From Trichoplax sp. H2 (lineage: Eukaryota), in the NCBI GenBank assembly GCA_003344405.1, contig NOWV01000101.1, positions 186,001 to 250,000 of the forward strand: a stretch of DNA of 64,000 bases, in the 5' to 3' direction. The notes under the pieces were generated by a model. The model saw nothing but the letters and a program-made list of their open reading frames with translations. It did not search any database and had not been told where the DNA came from. The position numbers and the translations under genes are program-made. This document shows positions 1-12,440 of this stretch, piece after piece. Each line of letters begins with the position of its first letter. The first letter of the stretch is position 1.

Positions 1-3000
1 GGTTGGTCGTCTACCGGGGTCTTAGATAGCCACGCTCAATCCCGTGATATCCATATCTCCAATTTTTCTCTGACCTTTCATGGAGCGGAATTATTGACTG
101 ATACAAAATTAGAACTTAATTATGGTAGAAGATATGGGTTAGTTGGCTTAAATGGTTGCGGTAAGTAATTTCTATCATTTTTGTTAATGGATTAAGTACT
201 TGAATGGTGTTGCCGGGAATGATAATCGAAAGTTTAAAAATCCATCTTTCAATTTTCACTATCGCCTTCACGACTTCATTCAATACGTAGTGGGACTACA
301 TACTGCACATACCATGATACCGTATACAGTACTGGAGCCGGAGGCCATACGGGAGTCAACTCCCTGCATAGCTGAATAGTCCACACTACTAGTGTACTAC
401 TGTACTGTACAGTACAGTAGAAGCACACAACAGCATGAAGCGATTTTTCATTGATTCGATCACGACATTGTCACACCACTGTGAATAATGGACGGTACGT
501 ACGCGTACACGTGATCGTAATCGTACCGACAGTATGAAATAGTCTGCATGAATCGAGTTAGATGGCCTTTCACTATAGTCTATGAATACTGCCATCGCTT
601 TTTTGCATCAAAGTAGAATATCGACTGTTATTCAAAAAGTCTCATTCACTTTGACGTGATATTGCAATACTGTACTACTCTGCTGCAATATACTGTAGAC
701 AATATTGAAAATGAGGTTAGGATAACTTAAGGTCGTGTTTAGATATTAACCCTTTCGTGTGTGTTACTGTCAGCCATTTTTAATAGTCCGTTCTGTACTG
801 CATGTACTGTACGAGTACCGTCATCAGTCAGCGCATTTAGCAATGACTAACGATAAATTCAATTGCGGTTTTGTAATAACGTTTCAGTGTTGAAATCAAG
901 TAAGAATCCATCGTTAAGCGTGACAGGTTTGATAGGGTATGATACTTTGAATGGTTGATAGAACAAAGATACGATAATGTACTTGTAAAGTTTATACTGT
1001 AGTTACATCCTGTACTGTACTGTACAGTACAGTAAATGCAACTGGTGTAGATTGTACCGGAGACTAGAGCTACTGTGCTGCCTGATGGCTACAAACTTAG
1101 TGATTTGATATCACATGAAGCTCTGAATTTGACAAAGTTGACGTACTATTATTCCCTGTGCAAGCTATAAATTGATTATCCATTATTGACAGTTGACTAT
1201 TCGTTGTCCTTTAGCAATGGATTGAACAATTTATGTATGATACCTACGAATGTATGTTATAGTATACAGTAGGTAGAGTTAGCAATATTGCAATGCTAGA
1301 ATATCTCCATCTCCACGCATCATATAGAATGATTATAATATTGAAACACACTTTTATAGGTAAATCAACACTATTAGAATGTCTAACATATCGAGATATT
1401 CCAATACCGGATCATATTGATATCTATCACTTATCGGAAGAGATGGGTAAAAGCCAGAAAACCGCTATTGAAGCTGTTATGGAAGTTGACGAGGAGAGGA
1501 TTAGGCTTGAACAAGAGGCAGAAAGATTAACTGCTGAACTACAAAAGGGAAATGACAGTGCTCATGATCGCATAACCGAAATTTATGAACGTTTAGATGA
1601 ATTAGATGCTGATAAGGCTGAGGTAAAAGATTACGTAAATTATTTTATGCCATACTAACTCAACACATATCTCCTGAGCATTCATATCTATGTAATAAAT
1701 GAATGCAAATTGTATTCAATCTACAGTTAATGCCATAGTGTACTATTATATTTTACTGCAAAAATAGAAAATTTTTTTATCTGCACATTCGATCCTCGCC
1801 ATGGAAAATTTCTATACGTATTTTTGTTAAGAGTATAATATACTACCTAATTGACATTATTCGAAATTGTTGCGAAGGTTAGCAAAGTATATATCCTTCG
1901 ACAATGTGGTAACCTTTTACGTTATACCACAGTATTTGAATAGATGCGATAATATTATTGCGTATTGATTCATTGCTAATAAATATTGTAGGTGAGAGCC
2001 TCAAGAATACTACATGGGTTAGGATTTACGAGCGATATGATGAAAACCAAGACTGAAGATTTCTCCGGCGGTTGGAGGATGAGAATTTCACTCGCCCGAG
2101 TTTTATTTGTCAGCCCAATGCTTATGCTATTAGATGAACCTACTAATCATTTAGATTTGGAAGCATGTGTATGGTTGGAAGAAGAACTAAAGAAGTATAG
2201 CAACTTCTGCTTTCTTTAAACTAATTCTGTCTTACTTTACTGTGACGAGTTGTCTTGTTTGTATTCAGGTATAAACGAATTCTAGTGATTATTTCACATT
2301 CTCAAGATTTTCTTAATGGAGTATGCACAAACATTATTCACATGCATGAAAATCAATTGATTAGTTACTCGGTAATTATCCATTATATAAGCGCGTAAAG
2401 ATATTTCACAAATTTTTTGAACCCAATTTTCTATCAAAATGCTACAGTAAATTATAGTAAGCTTTTCATAAAATATATTATATTTATAGGGAAATTACGA
2501 TACCTATGTGCGTACCAGAGCTGAATTAGAAGAAAATCAAATGAAACGATATAACTGGGAACAAGATCAAATAGCTCATATGAAGGTTTGATATTACTGT
2601 CTAAAGCAATTTCTCCTACTATCAGGAAATCGGCTGTCTTAGAAGCTGAAAATTAAATTGAATTGGGTGTTTTTTATGTCCTTTTAAGGATTATATAGCT
2701 CGATTTGGCCACGGTAGTGCTAAACTTGCTAGGCAAGCTCAGAGTAAAGAAAAAGTTTTAGCGAAAATGGTAGCTGGTGGGTTAACAGAAAAAGTTATTC
2801 AAGATAAGGTAATCCCTTCACTTTAACTAGTATTCAGAATTAGATATTTACTGTTAGCTGTTACTTAATCTTTCCGACATGCATATATAGTAGAGTAAAT
2901 GCTTTTATTTTTATTAACTATTGTGCCTTCGTTTTTAATCAATTTTAAACATCAACTTTTATTCGTAGTTACTTTCATTCTACTTTCCTGAATGTGGCAA

Positions 3001-4308
3001 ACTTGCTCCACCTGTGCTTATGGTTCAACAAGTTTCATTTCGATATTCCGATGGAAAGGTAAATCCCCGAATTATATCATGTCATAAATTGACTGTTGTC
3101 ATATAAGACAATGTACTGTGTTTGGATTTAATGACTTAACTTTAATGTTCCATATTCGCTCAATTAAGCCCTACATTTATAAAGATCTGGAATTTGGGCT
3201 AGACCTGGAATCTCGAGTAGCTTTGGTTGGCCCGAATGGTGCTGGTAAATCTACCTTACTGAAACTGTTAGATGGAGAGGTAACGCTCTATTGGTATAAA
3301 ATCAAATCAATTTCTTATCCGATTCCAGTTTTATTGAAAGATTGTGATAGTTAAGCGAAACAAAGTCTTGATACTATGTTTACTATCTTGACCAGTTATC
3401 ACCAACAGAAGGCTTAATTAGGAAACATGGCCATTTGCGAATTGGTAGATATCACCAAGTAAGATCTCTTGAAGCGGTTAACCGTTTCATTATCCCTTAT
3501 TGATATTAACTAATAAGTGAAAAAATCTTAAATATGGTGTTATTGTGTAAATCGTAGATTTTTTTGTGGGTCATCTATGTCTTATTTGTAATAAATTACT
3601 AGTAGGTACAGTAGTACTGCTAATGCGTGATGTTGCGGCAAGCGATACTAAGAGAATAACCTTGTACCATTTTGTAGCATTTAAAAGACCATTTGGATCT
3701 AGACTTATCAGCAGTTAAATTTTTAATGAAATGCTTCCCTGAAATCAAGGAAGTAGAAGAAATGCGAAGAGCTCTTGGACGATACGGTTTAACTGGGAAA
3801 CAACAGGTATAGTAGATTAGTGCTTACATGCATCAAGCGTAATAAATGGTATCGTGCGGTTTTAAGTCTATTGAATCATTTGCACCTGTACTTTACAGAT
3901 GTGTCCGATAAAAAATCTTTCAGATGGCCAGCGCTGTCGCATTATATTTGCTTGGCTTTCATGGAGTAGACCACATATGTTATTACTAGATGAACCTACT
4001 AATCACTTAGATTTAGAAACAATTGATGCCCTGGCAGCTGCTATTAATGATTTCGAAGGAGGGTTGGTACTAGTGAGTCACGATTTCCGATTGATAAATC
4101 AGGTAGATTATATTATTTTAATCAGAATTTATCAAATAATTATTTAGGTATTTATTTGTCATGTACATGTCTATTAAAACTTTAATGCTTTTATTTACGT
4201 TTTTAGACCGCGAAAGAGATATGGGTTTGTAAAAATGAAACCGTAACAGTTTGGAAAGATGACATTCAATCGTACAAAGCACAGTTGCGATCCTCAATTG
4301 ATCTATAA
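1..4308 (+). CDS. ABCF2: ATP-binding cassette subfamily F member 2 (soluble twin-ABC translation-associated ATPase); 5'-truncated by the window edge, 12 exons visible, ~547 aa in window
   Basis: Exons joined by hand, all introns GT..AG, frame continuous: <1-160, 1360-1622, 1992-2194, 2269-2371, 2490-2585, 2689-2808, 2969-3058, 3169-3279, 3396-3458, 3678-3806, 3899-4102, 4207-4308 (TAA). Motifs: Walker A GLNGCGKST and GPNGAGKST, signatures FSGGWRMR and LSDGQRCR, two [11 protein letters not shown], and the ABCF2-typical linker [41 protein letters not shown]. No TM domains. Candidate AATAAA at 4462-4467. Confidence 0.96.
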
Positions 4309-6614
4309 TACTATTTTACCCTCTAAGATATTCTGTACCGATAACAATACATAACTATATCTAAATTTTAGGTTTAAGAGGTGATATCCAGTCCGTTCGT
4401 AAATATTGTACTATCCAATTTTCGGATACCTCGAACTTCGATTATCCACTATTCCAATATTAATAAATTACGATATTTTCAGAAAAGCTAACATATTAAA
4501 TCACAAGATAGCCCTTGTATCATCGTAAATCTTAGAAAAGAAATAACAATCCTATCATGGATTAATATTTAATTTTCTTTTGTAAACATTTATTAATCAT
4601 TGCTTATTGACATATTTGTTTCTACACCTCAGTAATTTGTTTTAATATTGTCTCTGGATATTTGCTCAAAAGTAGCTATTTATATCAATAAATTTCTTGT
4701 CTTTTTTAAGTTCTTGTAGAGAGTTTGATTTAATGAAAGGCATATAAATATGGTTACTGACTTCGATTGTCACCATAGAACGATAGTAAGAGATCCACTT
4801 ATAACACTACATTCGAGTAAAATACGTATAGTTACTATAATTTTTACTACTCTCGGTTTAGGTCTCGCGTAAATCATACCTACACACGTATATTAAGAAA
4901 GCTTTAATACCACTGTAAGGATATTTTAACTTTTATTACTGCAGAACCGAAATTGTAGAATTTAAAGTTTTATTTTAACCGTATCGCACTTATCAGCGAC
5001 GTACTTACGTCCATATAGACTAAATCTGGTATTTCATCCTCTACCCTCTTTTATTAATCGTTTAGATAATTATTAAACTCATGTAGTCGAGTACGTACAA
5101 ATCCAGCCTTGACTACTGTAAGATTACATAATCAAATTATTATGTGCGTATATAATAAAATAATAGCTATAATTATAAATTATTAATAAAATTCCGTACG
5201 AAAATAAAAAAGGAAGTGATAAGATGTATATGTATATGACCGTTTTCGAGTGAGTGACGTTATTAAACTACTATTGTCCGGTCGATCACAATAGTTAGTG
5301 AAAAATGATTGCAGTTTTGTCCTTCCACAGAGCGAAAAAATGAAGTTTTTATTTACTTTTTACTGTATTAATTAAGAAGCTATGCTAAAGAAAACTACAT
5401 TTAAAATAAATTTGATTAATAGCGGAATTGTCAATTACGTATTGTTACAGATCATAATTGTAACAGTAATGTACCTTATATTGCATCGACTATTCTAGAT
5501 CGATTGTAATATTTCATCAAATTTTTAACAACTTGATGTTAAAAATGGACGCTAAAGAAGCATAATAAGTGTTTTTTTATTCTATTAAATTTTCGCAATA
5601 GTACAGTATCCCTATGAACTTGCAGTTAAACATAAAACGAGAAAGTACCTGATTGCTGAAGCTAATTGCTAAATCCTTGGAGCGCAGATTATTTGAAAAT
5701 GCTCACCTTTTCAGTCGGTGTAACCCTCAACTGCAAATTAAGATCAACAGTCCACTACTTACCAATTGTAAAATCAAAGCTAGCTATTTAAAATTTTTGC
5801 TACAATTGTATTACTGTGACTTGAATGAGGACAACATTTTCGTTAAAGATGTTGTCGCAAAGCAATGCAAGAAAAACCCTACAAAACGATGCATCATAGA
5901 ATCTTTATTTGTTTCGGTGTAAACTGCTATGTTATAAATATTCCTTATCAAGCATGATGAAAGAAGTCTTATATCAAATCGTTTGATTAGCACAAGAGTC
6001 TTTTTAAGATTTTTGTAATATACTTTGTGATAATAGTATGAATTCTATTAATAGAGATAAACAATATTAGGGTATTAGGTCTCGGTAAAGAAACTAACCA
6101 TATAGTAACAAAAATATGTAGTATTATTCGATAAGAAATGAAATTAGTCCTAGAAATTAACTAAACAGTAAATCGTAAGTCTATGGCGTATACGTACAAG
6201 TATACGAGTAATAAGTACAGTTTATGCATATCTACTGATTATCCTACTATAGTAATTGGGTACTAAATATGGCCAACTTCATGTATAATACATAGCCCAT
6301 GAGTAGATATGGTTAGTTCATTTAATTGATATAGCTAAATCTTCCATCATTGTAACCATCATACGTATATAATAATCACACTGATATAAAAGTATCGAGT
6401 TCGCACTTCATACATTATAAAGACAATTTGGATAGTTTTCGAGTTAGCCGACTATTAACCGCAGGGCTCGAGTAAACTGCATATATAATATTGAGATTAT
6501 CAAAATTATATATCGTATATAACACGATAACGTTATACAAGATATTATCTTATTCTATATATTCTTATATATATATATCATTCACGTAGACGCATATGCG
6601 CAGGCTTGATAGTG

Positions 6615-7859
6615 TCATGTCAGAGGTTGGGCTTCGAAGCTTAATTTTTTATCACTTAAGGAAGATCTTCTTCTAAACTCACCCCAAGCAAGATCCATCA
6701 TTATTTGTAATTTGGATAATTTAAGTACATTATGCTCAGCAATAATCATGTTTATGAATGGTACAGTATAATTATAGTCACGCCTATCAGGATAAAATAC
6801 GTGGAATCGATGATTGTATACTGGTTTAACCTTGACTTTTTCCGCTAATATGCCAAGATATGCATCATCCACCATTTTTAACAGTTTGACCGAAGGTTGT
6901 ACAGATAGCATTTTAGTTACAACATCTGCAGACATAATATAAGCGAATCCAGAGCAAAAAGGTGGGAAGAAGCGCTTGCCATAATCTGAATAGGGCACGT
7001 AATATTTATGACCTTTTTTCCGTACAACTAATAACTGACCAAGTTGCTTGTTCACGCGACCGACCCAAAAATTGGTACTGTTACCCAATAACTGATAGCC
7101 AACATATTCCATTAAACGAGGTGCATTCAAGAATATATCGTCGTCTCCTTTAAATAAATAAAATGGTTTACAATAATGTTGAGCCCATTTCATTGCAAAG
7201 ACAGTTTTGAGTGTTAAATTGGCGTAATTATCGGTAAAGGTACCCATAACTAAATCTTGGTAGTAACTAGCTTCTTTTTCAACTGCTTGTTGAATCTTTG
7301 TAACATTACTACGTCCAATAACAAAAACCAATCGCCAAGCGCTAGTTGTCCCAATTAAATTGTTAATTGCTGTATTATTGCCCCAAGTCATGCGAATATT
7401 TTTACGCCGTTGATGATTCGTTGGCCTTGAATTAATCACTAGAACGAGTAAATGACGGCGATCGCATGGTTTGCAGGAGTGTTGTTCGTCCAAGTAATCG
7501 ATAGGAGGTTTGGGTGGAATAATTTCGTCCAAGTTGTACGTTACCGTAGTATCTACGCAAAAAGCGGTTAATTGTTGGATTCGAACACTATTACTAGAGC
7601 GTGATGTCAGCGTCGATATATTTTTTCGTGGACTAGCTGGAGCACTTTTTTGCTGGATTGAGCAACAATTTAACTTATTATTATTATTGATTTGTTTCTC
7701 AGTCGTAATTACCCGAACAGGTGCTGACATTGTCTGGACGTTGTATAGAAAAAAGACTACGTTGAGAATAAAAAAACCAAAAAGTAATTTAGCTGAACGC
7801 TTAGGGTTACTTGAAAAACCGTTAATCATGCTGTTAAATCGTCTGTAACAGTTGTACAT
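6615..7859 (-). CDS. GT31 (Galactosyl_T) family beta-1,3-glycosyltransferase, type II Golgi membrane protein, B3GNT-like; 414 aa, coding region intronless
   Basis: N-terminal TM segment (LLFGFFILNVVFFLY), a stem, then GT31 motifs LVINSRPTNHQRRKNIRMTWG, DNYANLTLKT, KGDDDIF (DxD), PPFCSGFAY, DDAYLG. The KGDDD and DD..LG variants resemble B3GNT enzymes more than B3GALT1/2/5 (KTDSD/EDV). The exact orthologue cannot be determined from sequence alone. Confidence 0.92.
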   Translation of the reverse strand: MYNCYRRFNSMINGFSSNPKRSAKLLFGFFILNVVFFLYNVQTMSAPVRVITTEKQINNNNKLNCCSIQQKSAPASPRKNISTLTSRSSNSVRIQQLTAFCVDTTVTYNLDEIIPPKPPIDYLDEQHSCKPCDRRHLLVLVINSRPTNHQRRKNIRMTWGNNTAINNLIGTTSAWRLVFVIGRSNVTKIQQAVEKEASYYQDLVMGTFTDNYANLTLKTVFAMKWAQHYCKPFYLFKGDDDIFLNAPRLMEYVGYQLLGNSTNFWVGRVNKQLGQLLVVRKKGHKYYVPYSDYGKRFFPPFCSGFAYIMSADVVTKMLSVQPSVKLLKMVDDAYLGILAEKVKVKPVYNHRFHVFYPDRRDYNYTVPFINMIIAEHNVLKLSKLQIMMDLAWGEFRRRSSLSDKKLSFEAQPLT

Positions 7860-7964
7860 ATCGCTCGACTTAATCAGATGATGTTTTTCACTTTAACAAT
7901 GAATCCGGTATTCTTGTTATTAATTGTTCCAATAGTTAGTGATGTTTCCAACTGTACTATGTCC

Positions 7965-9343
7965 CTATGTAAAGGAAAGTGGCAAGTTAATTTAAAGTTA
8001 TTTACAGTTAAGCAAGCCTAGGCCAGAAGTGTATTATAGTACAGTCTTGAGTTCGTGATTACAAGTGAATTTGCAGTACTGTACTTCAAAAAGTAATTCG
8101 TTCTGCTCTGTTTGCTATGCAGCTTTACAGTACAAACCTCATTCATTTATAGCGCTACATTGAAAGAGTAGAAAAAGGCAATTCGTTCTATTTTTGCTAT
8201 GTAGCTTTACAGTATAAACCTCATTCATTTATAGCGCTACATTGAAACAGTAGAAAAAAGCAATTCGTTCTATTTTTGCTATATAGCTTTACAGTATAAA
8301 CCTCATTCATTTATACTCGTATGCTAAGTTTATTTAATCACGTACGGGAATTTTAAAAAATTGCTTAGTTGGATATGTCAGTTCGGTCATTTCTAGCTAA
8401 TGGCTGTCTAAAATATCTAAATTCAGTCGACTATTAGACATACGACTGTAAAGTATCCTATTTTGCTAGACATCGATTGCTACACCGCATTAACCTGCAT
8501 TAAGGATTAATTAGATTGGGATATTGCACTGTACTACGAGTCTAGGATACCACTAGTACAAACAAGCGTCGCTAGTAGTTAATTAAAGTATTGAAAACTC
8601 TAAAATTCGAACTCATTACCCTAATTCACTCCCAATATGGTCATTAATACATTACTTGATATGTGTGCTGTCCAATGTAAACGCTACCAACTATTTAGTG
8701 TCGAACAGAAGCATGAGTCAAAAAGTGAAGAGGTTTAACGCTCAAAGTCACTACGCTAGTGGGCTTCATTAATTGTTGTCTATAACCATTGTGTTGGCCA
8801 CAATTTACAGTATATAGTCAGTCAATATACAGATAAAGTAAACTATTTTTATAGCCGTTAACCAAAGTAGAAATAGAGTTTTATCTAGTAGAAGGCATTA
8901 TCCGTAATCGATTTCTAGTAAATTCAACTAACATTAAATTATTCAAGGTGCGTAGACACTGCAGGGTGTCTACCTTTTAGATAGCTTTGTCCGGCAAAAC
9001 GCATAACTCATGAAAGCCATTAACCATGTATAGAATTCGAGTATTGCAACTCAAAGCCCCTTTCCTGCATCGTTTCATAACGATTGAAAAGGAAATTTTC
9101 AGCATATCCAATAGCAGTATCAATCAAGTAAGCTAAGCGTACTTTGATCTTCAATATATAGGAAGACTAGAGTAGTGAACAAGTGAGTTCGATTGACTGT
9201 TAACGATGTAGTCTACATCCTATTGATGGTCATCACGTACAGTAATAATAATTTTAGCTTCGTAAGCACGTGTTATCTACTAGTCGTAGTGCTTCAATTT
9301 AAATCTACCACTGCTATAGCCAGTACAAGCACCTTTCCTTTAC
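7965..9343 (-). other. Candidate 5'-UTR intron of the GT31 gene
   Basis: Minus-strand acceptor cctttacatag|GGAC at 7965/7964, about 105 nt upstream of the ATG, and donor aatcaag|gtaaag at 9344/9343. Inferred from splice motifs only. Confidence 0.4.
8095..8315. repeat. Tandem repeat, ~82-85 bp unit, ~2.7 copies
   Basis: Units start at 8095, 8180 and 8262 and share aattcgttct...tttgctat.agctttacagta.aaacctcattcatttatagcgctacattgaaa. Confidence 0.9.
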
Positions 9344-10149
9344 CTTGATTTATGTTTTGAATAGGTAATTGAGAATGGTATCAAAAAAATGTCATCCAAA
9401 TTCAACAATTGTATCAACCGATTCAGTTAATTATTATTATCCCACTATCAATGATTGCCACTGAAACTGGATACTAAGCATTTGCAACAATCTACTCAAC
9501 ATTAAAAGATTCATTTCAAGTAAGGATACTACCAATCGAATCCATACTCTTGCTACAATAAATTTCTGACCTCCTATTGATTCATCAGCTCTTTGGTCAA
9601 TTTCTTAGATGGATCTTAAGACTGCACTTTCTGCTAGCCATTTTCTTTTTTATTCATCGACATTCGATGATAGCCCAACCTAAGTCCCAGTCAGGATTGT
9701 TTTCAATTTATATACTGTACTATACTGTATACTCGTATGCTTTACTGTCGACTGTATTGTACTGTACTGTATATCCAGTGTAATTAATACTACTATAGCA
9801 TCAACCAATGACGCAACGATCCGTTGAATGGCGATGGAGAGGAAAGTACTGAAGTAAACTTGCGCTTGCGTACAGAGAATTTCATCTGCAAATGAGGCCA
9901 GTGGCGGACTACAGTACTGTACTGTACGATACAGCATGATACTGTATCGCTAATTGGTGGTACAAACCCATAGGTTACATTATGTTTGCAATGCCATGTT
10001 TGCGCATAGGTATTATCAGCAAATGGTGTTTCAAATCAGGCTGCAGTGTACACAGTACTGTACACTGTACACTGTACTCGCAGCAGCTTTTCTAGTACTA
10101 CAATCCACCTCGAAGCATCAAGTGTTGACTAATGCTTGTACAGTACAAC

Positions 10150-11760
10150 CACCACTATGGACTACTTGAAATTACTGGTAGTTCATGATACAGTTCTAAC
10201 GAAGAGCTTTCTTTTTCATCTCATGATTAAGGAGATGAAAAAAAAGTCTACGGCAAAAATTGAGACCATTTGCAAGCTATACTGTAATACCATGGTACCA
10301 TACTACCGTATTGTAGAGGTTTCTTTTTTATCTGGTTATTACGGATAGGATCAGTAGTCTGCGCTAAAAATTGAGACCATTTCCAAGCTGGAATACCATG
10401 GTACCATACTACCGCACAGGTTTCGTTTTTATCTCGTCATTACGGATAAGATCAGTAGCCTGCGGCCAAAATTGGGACTATTTGCAAGCTGGAACACCAT
10501 GGTACCTCGTAATTGCGGATAGAATGTAGTCTGCGGCAAATATTTGGACCATTTGCAAACTGTAATACCATGCTACCATAGAGGTTTCTTTTTTATCACG
10601 TTATTACGGATAGGATCAGTAGTCTGCGCTAAAAATTGGGACCATTTCCAAGCTGGAATACCATGATACCATACTACCGCACAGGTTTCGTTTTTATCTC
10701 GTCATTACAGATAGGATCAGTAGTCTGCGGCCAAAATTGGGACCATTTGCTAGCTGGAATACTATGGTACCTCGTAATTGCGGATAGAATGTAGTTTGCG
10801 GCAACCATTTGCTAACTGTAATACCATGGTACCATAGCACCATACTACCGTAGAAGTTTCTTTTTTATATCGTCGTTACGGATAGGATCAGTAATCTGCA
10901 GTAAAAATTGGGACCATTTGCCATCTATAATACCATGGTACCATACTACCGTAGAGGTTTCTTTTTCAGCTCCTAATTAAGGATATGATGTACTGTAGTC
11001 TGCGGCAAAAATTGGGACCATTTGCAAGCTGGAACACCATGGTACCTCGTAATTGCGGATAGAATGTAGTCTGCGGCAACCATTTGCAAACTGTAATACC
11101 ATGGTACCATAGTACCATACTACCATAGAGGTTTCTTTTTTATCTCGTCATTACGGATAGGATCAGTAGACTGCGGCAAAAATTGGGACCATTTGCAATC
11201 TATAATACCATGGTACCATACTACCGTAGAGGTTTCTTTTTCATCTCCTAATTAAGGATATGACGTACTGTAGTCTTCGGCAAAAATTTGGACCATTTAC
11301 AATCTATAGTACCACAGTACTATGCTACCGTAAAAGTTTCTTTATCTCATAACTACGGACATGATCAGTAGTCTACGGCAAAAAATTGGTACCGTCTGCA
11401 ATGCCGCAGTAGTACATAGACTGCTTGAAATTACTAGTAGTCTATGAGACTTCTATAAAGGTTTCTCTTTATCTCGTAACTACTGACATGATGTAGTCTA
11501 GAGCAAAAAAATTTCCACCATTTGCAAACTGTAGCATCACAGTACTATACTACCGTAGAAATTTCTTTTTTATCTCGTACCTACGGACGTGTGCAGTCTG
11601 CGGCAAAAAAAATCGACCATATTACCCGGAATTACCAAAGACTGCTTGAAACTACTAGTAGTCCATGAAACTATCCTAGAGGTTTCTCTTTATCTCGTCA
11701 CTACTGACATGATGTAGTCTAGGGCAAAAAAATTTATCATTTGCAATCTGTAGTCCTGTA
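10150..11760. repeat. Minisatellite array, ~16 monomers of 62-127 bp, with a central trimeric higher-order repeat (~265-275 bp)
   Basis: Anchor (c)catttgc/ccatttcc recurs near 10266, 10377, 10477, 10549, 10642, 10743, 10805, 10914, 11018, 11080, 11189, 11294, 11391, 11518, 11617 and 11737. Shared blocks: agtctgcggcaaaaattgggaccatttgc, taccatggtaccat, ggtttctttttatctcgt. Confidence 0.92.
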
Positions 11761-11994
11761 CCTGTGAGACTGTGACATAGAATAATGAATGTTGATATCA
11801 AGATCTCGTCGCTCACAGATAGTCATAGTGTAGGCCTGCAGTAATCCTATATACAAGTCTATTTTTTAACTGCGGTATAACTATATCATTTAAATATACT
11901 AAACTCGACAGTATATTTTCGCTATCATTATTATTTAATAATACAGCACAATAATAACAAGTATAGAATGTAGAATGAGTGAGTCAACATGATT

Positions 11995-12440
11995 TATTGG
12001 TATCGCATATTTAGCATATACGCGTATACTATAGTACATGGACGTAGCCGTAGGACACTTATAGCTTTTCAAATATACAACTAGAACACGCTCCGCTATT
12101 TGATATTGGAAAATGCTACAGTAATTGCAAGTACAGGCAGGCTGTGTCATCAGTCAACGCTGTTTGTCGGTATCGTATATTTAGCATATACGTATACTGT
12201 ACTACTGTAATATATGAATGTAGCCGTAGGACACTTTTATAGCATAACTTTCAAATACATCATCACAACGCGCGCTATATCCGCTACTCTTCATTGGAAA
12301 ATGTGCCAGTAATTGCAGATAAATAGAGACTATGCAGTAGAATAGGTCAATATTGCATATCGGCATCGTGTGTTTAGCGCATACAGTATTGTAGAGCAGT
12401 TCACCATATCTGCTACTTTCCATTAGAAAGTGCTAAAGGA
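11995..12440. repeat. Degenerate tandem repeat, ~170-190 bp unit, 2-3 copies
   Basis: ggtatcg.atatttagcatatacg...gtagccgtaggacactt...ccgcta...attggaaaatg...cagtaattgca is present at ~11999 and ~12168, with a decayed third copy at ~12360. Confidence 0.75.

Noticed and set aside
287..390. Small MITE bounded by imperfect inverted repeats (gtagtgggacta / tagtccacactac)
   Set aside because: The inverted repeat is short and gapped, with no clear target-site duplication and no second copy in the window.
6962..7848. Plus-strand ORFs 6962-7153 and 7510-7848
   Set aside because: Antisense to the well-supported GT31 CDS, with no recognisable motifs.
10330..11200. Tandem hammerhead ribozymes on the minus strand (CTGAT...GAAAC pattern)
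   Set aside because: The core reads CTGATCC rather than CUGANGA, and no consistent three-stem fold could be built.
10150..11760. CRISPR-like array (recurring palindromic motif with variable intervening sequence)
   Set aside because: The intervening segments are homologous to each other rather than unique spacers, the context is eukaryotic and intron-rich, and there are no cas genes.
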